Source: Candidatus Poribacteria bacterium
GTDB taxonomy: Bacteria; Poribacteria; WGA-4E; PCPOR2b
Direction of reading: 5' to 3'
Assembly: GCA_965218095.1 (NCBI GenBank)
Contig: OZ244587.1
Span: 1,792,001-1,856,000 of the forward strand
DNA length: 64,000 nt
The notes under the pieces were generated by a model. It was not told the origin of the DNA. It did not search any database and was given only the letters and a program-made list of their open reading frames with translations. Shown here one piece after another: positions 1 through 10,314 of the stretch. The position numbers were made by a program, and so were the translations under genes. Within the stretch, counting starts at the first letter, position 1. Every line of letters starts with the position of its first letter.

Positions 1-391
1 CGGCGCCTCCCTTATTATTGCCGGTTAAGAGTCCGAGCAGGCACGCCTTGTAGTTCGCTACCGCTGAAATCAGTTCTTGCGCGCCATCCAACAGCTTAAC
101 ATTCGCTCCCTTTTGGCAAGCCGCCGTCAGGATATCCGCAATACGGTCAAAAATTGAGGGCAGCAGTCGGTGGATGGCGTTTTCAGAGAGAACGCCATCC
201 AGAATTTCATGCACGATCTGCGTGTCCGTTTTTCCCGACATCCGAACCTGACGAAATTCACCGGGCGAATTCTCCCCGAACACTTCCATTTGACGGCAGA
301 CCTCTTCAATCGCCTGATAGGTGGCTTCCCGTCCAGTTTCGCCTGCGTTCAATATGGTTCCATCGATATCAAATAAAACGAGTTTTCTCAT
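1..391 (-). CDS. HAD-superfamily hydrolase (phosphoglycolate phosphatase-like), runs off the window start
   Basis: Manual translation from ATG 391: MRKLVLFDIDGTILN...SGKTD...LGLLTGN, giving HAD motif I (DxDGT) and motif II; not in the ORF track because it is truncated. Confidence 0.85.
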   Translation of the reverse strand, partial: MRKLVLFDIDGTILNAGETGREATYQAIEEVCRQMEVFGENSPGEFRQVRMSGKTDTQIVHEILDGVLSENAIHRLLPSIFDRIADILTAACQKGANVKLLDGAQELISAVANYKACLLGLLTGNNKGGA

Positions 392-458
392 CGTAGATTC
401 TTTGTGTTTGTCCTTGCCCTACACCTATACGCATCTAAGCAAGTTTCAGGATTAAATT

Positions 459-548
459 TGTCATTCTGAAATAGAGGCTTTGCGAAGAATCTCATCAACG
501 ACCCACGGTCAGAGATTTTTTGGTCGCTTAGCTTCCCTCAAGATGACA
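459..548. repeat. GTCAT-type palindromic REP-like element
   Basis: TGTCATTCTGA...CGAAGAATCTC...GAGATTTTTTG...TCAAGATGACA; related copies at 12427-12486 and 20247-20310. Confidence 0.7.
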
Positions 549-593
549 GAAGATGATAGTTTGTTTTTGAAAATTACGTTAAGCAATGAACCA

Positions 594-1442
594 CTATACG
601 TCCGCTTTATCGCCCCAGCGGTTGGGATTTACCCCTGGACCGAGTCGATCGCACATGTCGTCAGGACGATGGTCGAGCTCCCAGCTCCAACCTTTGGTGT
701 TGAGTGGGGCAAGGAGGCGCCGTGCGATTTCGGGCGCTTTCGCCAAATCCGCTGAGTCCCACTCATCTACCGGCTGGATGGGCGACGCCCACGCCGGACG
801 ATAGCTGTAAAGCAGGACCCGACGTAACCCGGTTGCTCCCTTGTGCGGATGGGCGCCGTGAAAAATACGAGGTCCAAAAAGCACCGCATCGCCCGCTCGC
901 GCTAAGAGCGAGATCTCCTCCGGATGAGAGTCGTAGCGAATGTAAGGCCGAGCATCGGGGTGGAGACAAATATGGGAGCGGGGGATGATGCGGAAGGGAC
1001 CGTTGTCCTCCGTGAGGTCGTCAAGATAGTACGAGACCCGGACAATTACCGGTGCTGTCCAGAGGTAACCGCCGCGATTGGAGCCATAGGGATAACCGTC
1101 GGTGTGGATAACGACGCCAATAGCGCCCGGTTCGTAGTATCGGTAGCTACCGCTGAAGAAGATGATGTCGGGACCAATCACACGCTCAAGAAATTCAATA
1201 ATCGGCGGGTTAGCAATTAACTCACCCAGGGCGCCCCCCTGCCACTGGGGTTGACAAGTGGCGTTGCCCTGCCGGTCGTGGTAGCTGCTGTGCTCGGTGG
1301 GCAAGCGAGTGGTTTCCTCTCTCAGTTGCTCCAACTGCTCCGGCATGAGGGCATCGGGAAGCACCACATACCCCTCGACTTCAAGATGACGAATCTGTTC
1401 AGGCGTCGACAGCACCCGCCAGTCGGTTGTAACGATATTCAT
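594..1442 (-). CDS. Phytanoyl-CoA dioxygenase (PhyH) family Fe(II)/2OG dioxygenase
   Basis: HxD (IHTD), GPFRIIPRSH, AGDAVLF...FHG, RR motif. Confidence 0.9.
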   Translation of the reverse strand: MNIVTTDWRVLSTPEQIRHLEVEGYVVLPDALMPEQLEQLREETTRLPTEHSSYHDRQGNATCQPQWQGGALGELIANPPIIEFLERVIGPDIIFFSGSYRYYEPGAIGVVIHTDGYPYGSNRGGYLWTAPVIVRVSYYLDDLTEDNGPFRIIPRSHICLHPDARPYIRYDSHPEEISLLARAGDAVLFGPRIFHGAHPHKGATGLRRVLLYSYRPAWASPIQPVDEWDSADLAKAPEIARRLLAPLNTKGWSWELDHRPDDMCDRLGPGVNPNRWGDKADV

Positions 1443-1568
1443 AGTTTCCCCTTTCTAACATTGAGAACTTTCTGAGAAACCCCAGATCGTAGTGCATGAT
1501 GGCCTGTTCCTAAAGTCTTGTTCTCTTTATCGTTGGGCGGGATGTCCCTTGATTTGAGAACTTTTCAA

Positions 1569-2600
1569 TTACAGCGGCAGTGGAATCGCCCTTCCCGTTT
1601 CCATACTACGGGTCACGGCTTCGGTAAATTCCATATATTTCACACCGTCCTCGAAGTTGGTGTGCGTGATGACCTCCTCCCCACGGATGGCACTGACGAA
1701 TTCCTCTTCCACCCGCCAACCGCTTTCCTCTTCAGGGGGAATGGGAATTTCCGCAAGTTCCGTGTCATCGCGCTGTCCACCGTAGAGGTTGTTGTTGGCA
1801 AATCGCAATGTGCCTGCGCTGCCGAATAGGAACACTTCAGGTTCGCCGACCAAACCGGCGACATTGGAAATCTGATAGTGCGCCTGCGCACCACACGTCA
1901 TGTCCGCAATAATGTCGATGTGCTCTGGAATCCGCACAGGGCGCATGACGCCGTTGGCATCCTCGCGCATTTTGACATACGTCTTTCCCATTGCCATCAC
2001 TCGCGTCGCCTCACCGACCCAGCGCAATAACGCCTCGTACCAGATTCCCATACTCATGATGTTAAATCCACTCAAGTTGAAGTCCTCGCGCCAGTGCAGG
2101 GGAGAATCAGGGTCGAGGAATGTGCCGCCTGCACGCACCTCGATTGCCAGTATATCACCGAGATACCTTTCGGCCATGAGCCGCTTGATGGTGTTGTCCA
2201 CACGGAGGGAGAGTGGTGAGGGAACAATTTGGGTGACCAGATGGGTATTTTCACGAGCGGCGCTACGCATAGCGTGCGCCTCCTGTGCGTTCATCGCCAT
2301 CCGCGCCTCACACATCACATGCTTGTCCGCCGCCAAAGCCGCCAGTGTGACGCGGCAGTGCATATAGGGCCATGTTCCGATGACGATAGCATTGGTATCC
2401 GAGGCAGCAACCAACTCCTGCCAGTTCTCGTAGATTGTTGGGATACCGAACTGCTGCGCCACCCGTTCGGACGACTCGTAGCTGCGGTTGCAAACGCTGA
2501 CAATCTCAACGCCGTCAATCGCTTGCAGCCCCGGAATGTGGCGGGAGGTCGTGTTTGCACCTGCGCCGATAACGCCTACGCGAATTGTGTTATTGCTCAT
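1569..2600 (-). CDS. Gfo/Idh/MocA family NAD(P)-dependent oxidoreductase
   Basis: RVGVIGAG Rossmann motif; KHVMCEARMA equivalent to the EKP motif. Confidence 0.9.
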   Translation of the reverse strand: MSNNTIRVGVIGAGANTTSRHIPGLQAIDGVEIVSVCNRSYESSERVAQQFGIPTIYENWQELVAASDTNAIVIGTWPYMHCRVTLAALAADKHVMCEARMAMNAQEAHAMRSAARENTHLVTQIVPSPLSLRVDNTIKRLMAERYLGDILAIEVRAGGTFLDPDSPLHWREDFNLSGFNIMSMGIWYEALLRWVGEATRVMAMGKTYVKMREDANGVMRPVRIPEHIDIIADMTCGAQAHYQISNVAGLVGEPEVFLFGSAGTLRFANNNLYGGQRDDTELAEIPIPPEEESGWRVEEEFVSAIRGEEVITHTNFEDGVKYMEFTEAVTRSMETGRAIPLPL

Positions 2601-2643
2601 AGTATACTCCTTGACAAGTTATTTGTTTCTGATGACAAATCCC

Positions 2644-2734
2644 ATTTTACCTCAGATCGCCAGGTGAGTCAACGCCTTTTTTGCACGGATTTGAGAAAAA
2701 AGGGTTTGACAGATTTGCTGCTTTTTAGTATGAT
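2644..2734. promoter_or_regulatory. Divergent sigma70-like promoters
   Basis: Minus strand TTGACT-17-TAAAAT (2672-2644); plus strand TTGACA(2706)-17-TATGAT(2729). Confidence 0.6.
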
Positions 2735-2842
2735 GACTGATGGAAGATAGTTTGTCTATCATTACCTGGTTGACTGACAAAACTATGTCGATTCCTTTCA
2801 GAAATTAGTATCCGAGTGTCAGAAAAAAACCGAGGTTGAGTC

Positions 2843-3127
2843 ATGACCAGAAGACAAGAAATCATAAAGATTCTCAGAGCGGAGGCGCTTTCTTTACAAG
2901 ATTTGGCGGAAATGCTTCCGGCGCATCCCAAGGAGGTTCTCTCCGACATCCCCTACATCGAAAAATCGGTTCGACCAGCGGAAAAACTGATAATTACGCC
3001 TGCTCAATGTCGAAAATGTGGATTCACTTTCAAAGACAGGCGCAAAATTCAAACGCCCTCCAGATGTCCCAAGTGTAAGGGGACATGGATCAAAGAACCC
3101 CTGTTTCAGATTCAAAAGGCTAGATGA
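2843..3127 (+). CDS. Small HTH plus Zn-ribbon predicted transcriptional regulator (COG3357-like)
   Basis: TRRQEII N-terminal HTH, CRKCGF and CPKC zinc ribbon, WIKEPLF tail. Confidence 0.8.
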   Translation: MTRRQEIIKILRAEALSLQDLAEMLPAHPKEVLSDIPYIEKSVRPAEKLIITPAQCRKCGFTFKDRRKIQTPSRCPKCKGTWIKEPLFQIQKAR

Positions 3128-3284
3128 ATACGAGTGTCTTGATTAGCATTGTAGAGCGTGCAGTGCTCGTCCGAGAATCGGACTTGCTCGTTCCCAACAC
3201 CTGTTTAACCTTCAAAGTCATGGAAACAAGCCCCGATAGATCGGGACAGGTTTGGGAGCATGTTCTACTTCATTCATAAAAATC

Positions 3285-4204
3285 GTTAGGTGGAAGGAGA
3301 CAACAAGCAGATGACACAAAAGCCAACGATAATGATTCTTGGCAGTGGTCACTTGGCGGAACATGGGAGAGATGTAGTCAATTTTAAAATGGATGATGTA
3401 CGGACTCCCAAGCGGCAACGCGAGATTAAACAACTTGTCAAGCTGCTTAAGCGATTCGAGCCGACGAAGATGGCTGTTGAGGTAGAACCAGAGGATGATG
3501 CTGAACTCCACACAAAGTATCAAGGCTATCTGCAAGAGAGTTATCAACTGGAGCGCAGTGAGGTGGAGCAAATCGGGTTTCGATTGGCGAAAGAGATGGG
3601 GCACTCCAAAGTATACCCCGTCGACTGGAAGAAGCCGCCTCCCGTGGATCTGGTAAAGGTGGACTTTGTCGCGTTTGCAGAAGCAAATAATCAAAAACAC
3701 CTACTGGAAGGAGCTTTCGGTAAGTCTCACGTTCCTACCACCGATGGAGACACAATCTGGATCGAGCCTGAAGGGTACGAACCTCTGATCGAGGAGTATA
3801 GAAGGATTAACCAGGATGAAACAATACGCACAGGCCATCAGATATACCTCGTGATTGCCTGAATCGGTCTGCAAGACCAATACGTGGGCGCGGATTGGGT
3901 TCAGTATTGGTATGGGAGGAATCTCAAGATTTTCGTCAACCTGACTCGAATCACAGAATCCGACGATGAACGGATTTTGCTAATCATTGGATCTGGGCAT
4001 GTTCGGCTACTTCAACAGTTTGTGGAGGATTCTGGCTATTTCTTTTTGGAAAGTCCACTGAAGTACTTAGACGCAGGAGAGGTAGAAACCACCTAACCAG
4101 TTGTTGCAGGTGCGCTCTGTGGTTTTATTAATGGTGCGGTGGGTTTTGGTTTGTCGGATGTCTTTCGGCAAACTCCCGCCGCAACTGAACTTTGGTCGTT
4201 AGGC
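3285..4204 (+). mobile_element. Integron-type gene cassette (core site, ORF, attC)
   Basis: GTTAGGT at 3285-3291 upstream; attC 4091-4204 with R'' ACCTAAC (exact reverse complement of the upstream core), L'' GTTGCAG / L' CTGAAC with one extra base, R' GTTAGGC. Confidence 0.75.
3311..4096 (+). pseudogene. DUF5694-like protein with in-frame TGA at 3860-3862
   Basis: ORFs 3290-3862 and 3884-4096 are in the same frame: YLVIA*IGLQDQYVGADWVQYWYGRNLKIF...RILLIIGSGH; RSEVEQIGFRLAK motif. Confidence 0.75.
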
Positions 4205-4217
4205 TGAGGAGTACGTC

Positions 4218-5381
4218 ATGCCCCGTATCATCAAAGGACCCTACCTCCAGTGGCCCACCCGTGATTCCATCATCATCATGTGGGAGACTTCCGACGAGGC
4301 TTCCTCTCGCGTCATCTATTACCAAACCGAGAGGGTGCATAGTGGGTTGAACGGCAAGTTCCGTACTATAGAATCATCGGAAAAGATCGTGGAGGACGCT
4401 AACCTCTGTTGTATACATGCCGTTACGCTTACAGGTCTCCGTCCGGACACAACCTATCACTACAAGGTGAATTCCACCAGTCGCCAGGGCGAGGCAGCCG
4501 AGAGCAAGGTATACCCGCTGAAGACGGCTGTCGAGGGGGATACACCATTCTCCTTTGCAGTGACGAGCGAAACCGGCGGCTACGGCGATGATGAGGTCAA
4601 TCGCCGGATATTCAGCCAGATTAGCCGCTACCGTCCAGATTTCCTGCTGATGGTGGGCGACGCCGTTGCGCACGGATCGCGGTACGAAGACTGGGATAAG
4701 TGGTTCTTTGCACCGGGCAAAGCCCTGTTGTGCAATACCCCGTTCTATCTCTGCCTCGGCAATCACGAAGAAAAATCCCCGTGGTTCTACCAGTTCGTCT
4801 CCTATCCAGAACCCAAAAACTATTACGCCTTTGACCACGGTAATGCACATTTCATCGCCCTGGACAGCACTGCTCTGGTAGACTACAAAGACGGAAAACC
4901 CGTCCCGACCGAAGCTCTCAAGCCCGGCGCTCCCCAGTATGAATTTCTCATTGATGACCTCAAAGCGACGCAGGCGATCTGGAAACTCGTATTTTTTCAC
5001 TATCCGCCCTATGTATCCGGGGACTATCAGGTGGAAGAGATGCGTGCCCTCTGCCCGATTCTGGAAGCCTACGGGGTCGATCTGGTGTTCAACTCCCACA
5101 CCATCGTCTATGAGCGCAGCCAGCCCCTCAGAGGTAATCAGTTGGATACGGCAGGGGGCGTCATCTACATCGTGGCTGGTGGGGCTGGCGCAAAACCGGA
5201 ATGGTTTCACCACAAGCGGGCCTGGCATACCGCTCAGTCTCTGGCTGTTCCTCACTTTGTTCAGGTCGTCATTGCCGGCAATACGCTGGAATTGCACGCC
5301 ATTGATGATACGGGGCGTCTCTTCGATACCCTCAAATTGACCAAATCATCCTCGAAGGGTTATACTCAACGCCGCTCTTAA
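4218..5381 (+). CDS. Purple acid phosphatase-like metallophosphoesterase with N-terminal FN3 domain
   Basis: GPYLQ, LRPDTTYHY, VGDAV, LGNHE, FFHYPPY, NSHT motifs. Confidence 0.88.
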   Translation: MPRIIKGPYLQWPTRDSIIIMWETSDEASSRVIYYQTERVHSGLNGKFRTIESSEKIVEDANLCCIHAVTLTGLRPDTTYHYKVNSTSRQGEAAESKVYPLKTAVEGDTPFSFAVTSETGGYGDDEVNRRIFSQISRYRPDFLLMVGDAVAHGSRYEDWDKWFFAPGKALLCNTPFYLCLGNHEEKSPWFYQFVSYPEPKNYYAFDHGNAHFIALDSTALVDYKDGKPVPTEALKPGAPQYEFLIDDLKATQAIWKLVFFHYPPYVSGDYQVEEMRALCPILEAYGVDLVFNSHTIVYERSQPLRGNQLDTAGGVIYIVAGGAGAKPEWFHHKRAWHTAQSLAVPHFVQVVIAGNTLELHAIDDTGRLFDTLKLTKSSSKGYTQRRS

Positions 5382-5485
5382 TTGCGTTTTTGGGACAGCG
5401 TCCCAGTAGAACGTGCTGCCAGCTCGTTCTACTGGGGCGATCCTTCCGTGCTTAAAAAACTCAATTTCTGGCGGCGCAAAGTATA
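5361..5485. mobile_element. MITE-like TATACT...AGTATA element (copy A) with internal GTAG-type hairpin
   Basis: About 30-bp ends homologous to the ends of 20212-20350; internal hairpin CCCAGTAGAACG/CGTTCTACTGGG at 5402-5436. Confidence 0.7.
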
Positions 5486-5495
5486 GCATGCACGC

Positions 5496-5528
5496 AACCT
5501 TGCGAAGGTTTGGAACCTTCGCAAGGTT
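5496..5528. repeat. AACCTT..AAGGTT palindromic doublet repeat
   Basis: AACCTTGCGAAGGTT-TGG-AACCTTCGCAAGGTT; single related units at 16902-16916 and 18003-18017. Confidence 0.6.
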
Positions 5529-5556
5529 CAGCAGAGGTTTCAGAGGAGAGGAAATT

Positions 5557-6657
5557 ATGCAGATATTCACGACATATACTGAACTGCTTGACCGCGTCGA
5601 GCAGACCGGCTGTCCGACGCGCGTGCTGGGATATACGCCGGACGGGTCTCCCATCGTCTCCGTCAAAACTGCGGGAGGGAAAGAACCTGCCATACTCATT
5701 ACGGCGGGGAGCCACTCCACGGAACATGCCGGGGTCAGTGCTGCGGTTGCCCTCATTGAGCAACTTGATACCGAACACCGAGTCTATATCATACCCACCC
5801 GCGATCCCGTCGGACTCAACGGCTACGCCTGCGCTCTGAGTCTGGGCTTGGGAGAAGTACCAGCGTTTGACACCTTTGACGTGGTGGAAGCCATCCTGCG
5901 GGATGCGGGCGAGACTTTCTACGATGAGGACGATATGGTGCTGTCACTGATTGGGGATTACGGCTATGCCAGCAGCCGACCGTCGGCGCAACGACCCCAT
6001 CCGCAGTGGGCTTTCTACACTAAGCTCCAGGAAATGCATAAAACACAGCCCGACATACTGGAGCCATTCAAAGCCCGGCGAATCTATATGACGCCCGGTC
6101 AGCCGGGGGTCGAAGGCACGGGAAATTTCGGACGTGCCTATACGCTGATCATCGGCCTGGATGGAGAGATCCTGCACCTGAACCGCTTCCACGATACAGC
6201 GTGGGCCCCGATAGAAGTCCGTTGCGTCCGTCGGCTGATAGCAAAAATCAATCCCGGAATTACATTCGATCTGCACGAATCTCAACTCATGGAGGACCGC
6301 TATTGGCTTTCGGCGCGTCACCAACAAGATCAGGAAAATGAAGCCTGGGCACAGCGGGTTTCGCAGGCGGCCATCAAAGCCATTGCCGATTCTGGCGCGG
6401 TGCTGGCTTCCGACGACGATGTTTTTGGACATACACCTCCCGACAACAACTGGTTCACACAGTCTGAAAAAGGGGTGTACTGGCTGGATGCCAACGTCCG
6501 AGGAGAAGGCTTGAACCTTGCCGACTATGCGTCGCGCTTCTACGGTCTGGCTTTTGGGACGGAGATGGGCATGTACGGCAGCTTTGAAAAGCGGGTCTCG
6601 CTGGGCATGCTGACGGTGCAGACGGCGGTTAAGGTTTTTGAGGAGCGGTACAGGTAA
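5557..6657 (+). CDS. M14-type zinc carboxypeptidase / deacylase-like protein
   Basis: ITAGSHSTEH (HxxE), IIPTRDPVG, LNRF, FDLHE; RBS GAGGA before ATG 5557. Confidence 0.75.
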   Translation: MQIFTTYTELLDRVEQTGCPTRVLGYTPDGSPIVSVKTAGGKEPAILITAGSHSTEHAGVSAAVALIEQLDTEHRVYIIPTRDPVGLNGYACALSLGLGEVPAFDTFDVVEAILRDAGETFYDEDDMVLSLIGDYGYASSRPSAQRPHPQWAFYTKLQEMHKTQPDILEPFKARRIYMTPGQPGVEGTGNFGRAYTLIIGLDGEILHLNRFHDTAWAPIEVRCVRRLIAKINPGITFDLHESQLMEDRYWLSARHQQDQENEAWAQRVSQAAIKAIADSGAVLASDDDVFGHTPPDNNWFTQSEKGVYWLDANVRGEGLNLADYASRFYGLAFGTEMGMYGSFEKRVSLGMLTVQTAVKVFEERYR

Positions 6658-6694
6658 TCTGAATTTTAGACCGAACCAGATAAAGGAAATAGAA

Positions 6695-7350
6695 GTGGCT
6701 AGACGTAAGCCATACACAAAGATTGTTAAAACGAATCAGATTCGTGCAGGTCACGTCAAAGGGATGGGAGATGTGGTCTTCAAAGGCTTCCAGTGTTTGA
6801 ATAGTGAGTGTCAGGAATTTATTTTCACCCGTAAAGATAAGATTGGCGATGATTTCGAGATAACCTGTCCGAGTTGTGAAACAGTTATCCGATCGGGTGA
6901 AGAGACTCAATTCTATGAGTATGAAATGGTAGATCGGAGGGACAATTCCGTTACAGAAGAAGGCGAGTTTACAATTCTGCACGATGACTATATCGCAGAA
7001 GCGCAAGAGTACAAGTACTGTATTATCTGCAATACGATCAAACCGTTTCATCTATTTGACCGCCACCGTGCTCGAAAGTCAGGCCGTCAGGGCGAGTGCA
7101 GACTGTGCAAGGCAGTTTACAACGCTATTAAGAATAAGACTCGGTTGACGGATCAACACCGCGAAGCAGCACAAAAGCGGCGGATGTATCTGGATTTGTC
7201 TGGAGGTACAAAGATTAACAGCGAGGTAGTCCACAAGCGTTCTGGATATCGTTGTTTCAAGTGCAAGAAGGACTTACGAAAAGCGGATGCAGAAGAACGT
7301 CCACTCGATCACACGCTTCCCGCTGTCTTTTTGTGGCCCCTGACAACTGG
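6695..7350 (+). pseudogene. Zn-finger/HNH restriction endonuclease-like protein (SapI/BspQI-like C-domain), truncated
   Basis: CIIC...FDRHRARKSGRQGECRLCK...CFKCKKDL...LDHTLPAVFLWPL, then sequence switches to another gene before the HNH CxxCN. Confidence 0.65.
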
Positions 7351-8061
7351 GTGCAGTCTAATCACATTGGTCGCGTGGGGCATTACACCGAAATGGCCGC
7401 GGACGAAGGCATGATCTCGATGATTTGTCTTGGTGGACAGGGGGTCAAGAATCCCACGGCGGTGCCATTCGGTGGGCGTGAGCCTGTGATGCATACCAAT
7501 CCAATTGCCATGGGTTTCCCCGGTGGCAAGGGGCCACCGATGTGCTTCGATTTCGCAACGACCGCGGTGGCCGGCGTCAAGGTCGTCAATGCGCATCGGC
7601 GTGGACAAGAACTACCGTCCGGCTGCATTGTCGACAAGGATGGTGTTCCCACGACGAATCCCAACGATTTCTTTGACGGAGGCGGGCACCTCGCTTTTGG
7701 TGGGCACAAGGGGTACGCTTTGATGATAGCGGTCGAGTACTTGGGGCGTATCTTCGTTGGATCGGACGCTTTCATCGATCAGAACCGCGGGGGAATGTAT
7801 GACCGGTATGCCGGTACCTTCATGATGGTTTTCAAAGCTGACATGTTCCAGCCCTTTGCCGATTTTGCCCGCACCGCTGACGAGATAGGACAGCACGTAC
7901 GGGTGGTCCCCCCGGTGCCGGGATTCAAAGCGGTACTGGTGCCAGGCGATTTGGAAGTGCAGGCGCGAGAAGTTCGCGAGCGCGATGGCATCCCCATTGA
8001 GGATGATATCTGGGAGACGATCGTCGAAGCAGCAAACACTGTTGGCATCAAGAGCATCTAA
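7351..8061 (+). pseudogene. Ldh_2 (malate/L-lactate dehydrogenase family) oxidoreductase, 5'-truncated
   Basis: NHIGRVGHY, TNPIAMGFP, DFATT, GGHKGYAL, VLVPGD; roughly 100 N-terminal residues and the start codon are missing. Confidence 0.85.
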
Positions 8062-8097
8062 CTTCAACTAGGAAAGATTCATCAGGAGGATGGACCA

Positions 8098-8954
8098 ATG
8101 GAATTGACAGATGAAGAACGTTTTAACCTAGAATGCAGAACATACAACTGCGAGCCCACGCTGACGGACAATTAGGTTCTGGAATTCTGCAAGCAGGGCT
8201 TTCTTGTGTTGAAGAAAGTCGTTCCGGACGAGATCAATCGCAGAACCTCTGCATATCTCGACGCGAATACCTATTACGAACCGGCCGAAATCCTCAAAGA
8301 GGACTGGTTCGTTGACAGCGTGATTCTTAACCCGCACGCGGTGGGTGCAGTTCGATCGTTGCTTGGTAAAAATTTGGCTTGCCGATTATGATGAGTCAAC
8401 ATCGGGTCAAGTGTCCGATGTCGGCGCAGAACTGGCATCGGGACACCGGTTCAAAATTCGGTCCCGAACTGAATTACCTGCAGGTATTCTACTATCCGCA
8501 GGACACGCCAGAGGAATTCGGACCAACGGAGGTGCTGCCCGGTTCACATCTTTTCGACTGGTCCGCGCGTTATATGGGGCACTACGGGGGCATTCGTGGT
8601 ACGGTCAAAACAACCGTACTCGCCGGATCAATCTTCATCACGGTCTATTCGATCTGGCACCGTCGCTCGGTTTCCACGGCGGATGGGATGCGCCATATGC
8701 TAAAATACAACTACTGGCGAACCGTCCCGCCAGAGCAGGATTGGATAATTGAGCCGGACTTTGACTTCGACTCTGCGGATTATGGCGACAACCGATTCCA
8801 AAGCGCAGAGATGTTCTACTGGCTCTGTGGCAAGGCGGACGAGTTTCGCTGGATAGGGGGGCAGGCGTGGCCATTGCGTTATCAACTACAAGCCTTACGG
8901 GGCGCCATCTGCGCCGCCGGGACGCTAGTAAGTACATCGAAGTTAGGGAATTAA
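8098..8954 (+). pseudogene. PhyH family dioxygenase with in-frame TAG (8173-8175) and frameshift (about 8373)
   Basis: MELTDEERF...LTDN*VLEFCKQGFLVL; GKN(F)GLP broken by a missing T; WHRD, GPTEVLPGSH, IWHR. Confidence 0.85.
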
Positions 8955-8957
8955 GAT

Positions 8958-9036
8958 GTGAGGAGTGACAAGTGAGGAGATTAAGGCTCACTTGTCACTC
9001 CTCACCCGTTATTTCTCACTTCTGGTAACTCACATC
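8958..9036. repeat. Inverted heptamer-period repeat hairpin
   Basis: Perfect 19-bp stem GTGAGGAGTGACAAGTGAG / CTCACTTGTCACTCCTCAC built from 7-nt units, followed by degenerate units. Confidence 0.75.
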
Positions 9037-9116
9037 CGATCGGGCATGAAATATGAAAATAGTTATGTCCAACTACTTATAACAATCACCCATTGCAGCA
9101 AGGAGAATATCAATCC

Positions 9117-9917
9117 ATGAACGACGACGAAAAATACCTATTCGATCTCAACGGTTATCTCGTGATTGAGGACGTACTGACGCCTGACGAGGTTGCCTTC
9201 GCAAACGAAGCCATTGACCGCCATTGGGACCAGGGGCGCATCCGGCCCCGTGAGCAGGCCCTGGACGGAGGCTCTCCTGCGCTCAGAGGTGAAAAAGGCC
9301 GCGGCGAGTTAGGCGGGATGCTCAATTGGGAAGAACCGTGGTGCAACCCGTTCCGGGAAATGCTGGTTCACCCACGAATTGTCCCTTATCTCAACGAAAT
9401 TCTTGGCAAAGGTTTTCGGATGGATCACCAAATGTCTCTGCTTTCGATGGATAAGAGGGCAGAGGGCTTTATCTTCCATGGTTCTTCGGGGCCCGGTTTT
9501 GATCCAAACCAATACTACATCTTCCGGGACGGCCGGATGCATTGTGGACTGACAGTCGTGGCGTTCCAACTCACCGATGTGAATCCAGGCGATGGTGGAT
9601 TGATCGTCATCCCTGGCAGCCACAAAAGTAACTTTCCCTGTCCCCAAAAAATGCGACGGTATGAAAAATATCAAGAGCATGTTCGGCAGGTTGTGTGCAA
9701 CGCTGGCGGTGTCATCATCTTCACGGAGGCGGCGACGCATGGGACGCTGCCGTGGACAGCAGAACACCCACGTCGGTCGGTGCTGACGCGTTATACGGCG
9801 GGGAACCTTGCGTATGTTTCTGCCTATCCCATTCCCGAATGGGCGAATGAGAGGCAGCGGGCGGTCATGGAGCCACCATATCATACGCGGCTGAATCGGC
9901 CTGTGTTGGAGAAGTAG
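9117..9917 (+). CDS. PhyH family dioxygenase
   Basis: KYLFDLNGYLV, FHG, DGGLIVIPGSHK, HGTLPW, RRSVL. Confidence 0.9.
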   Translation: MNDDEKYLFDLNGYLVIEDVLTPDEVAFANEAIDRHWDQGRIRPREQALDGGSPALRGEKGRGELGGMLNWEEPWCNPFREMLVHPRIVPYLNEILGKGFRMDHQMSLLSMDKRAEGFIFHGSSGPGFDPNQYYIFRDGRMHCGLTVVAFQLTDVNPGDGGLIVIPGSHKSNFPCPQKMRRYEKYQEHVRQVVCNAGGVIIFTEAATHGTLPWTAEHPRRSVLTRYTAGNLAYVSAYPIPEWANERQRAVMEPPYHTRLNRPVLEK

Positions 9918-9964
9918 CAGATAAGAAACCGAGTTTTTCGGAAAAACTTGGTTTCTTATCTGCT
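9916..9964. terminator. Long near-perfect hairpin (terminator or REP-like)
   Basis: AGCAGATAAGAAACCGAGTTTTTC-G-GAAAAACTTGGTTTCTTATCTGCT immediately after the stop codon. Confidence 0.6.
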
Positions 9965-10314
9965 CAGTATGAATAAGTGGTCTACTTTTTAAATAGATAT
10001 AGGGTTTGATCCCGGACCTGCCAGGTTTCAAAAACCTGTACGGCGGCATGCCTCGACTGATCTTCATCTCTCATCGCACCGGATCGCCGCGGATCTTTGT
10101 CGAAGAGCACGCTTCTGGCTCGCTCATCCGATTGACAGGTCGCTCAAACCTCAGCGAATAGTCAGTTTATCCCTCACACAATGGACAGTCTGTTTTCTTC
10201 TCGACACACAGGCTGAACAACGCGTAACCTCCTTCAACACCTGGCACGCAATGACTGTCAACCTTTACGCATTACGCATTATGTTTCACGCATTACGCAT
10301 AAGGATAATCACGA

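Noticed and set aside
6638-7414. Intact 258-aa HNH protein overlapping a 269-aa dehydrogenase, as given by the ORF track
   Set aside because: Both are fragments joined at about 7350; the overlap is read-through into foreign frames
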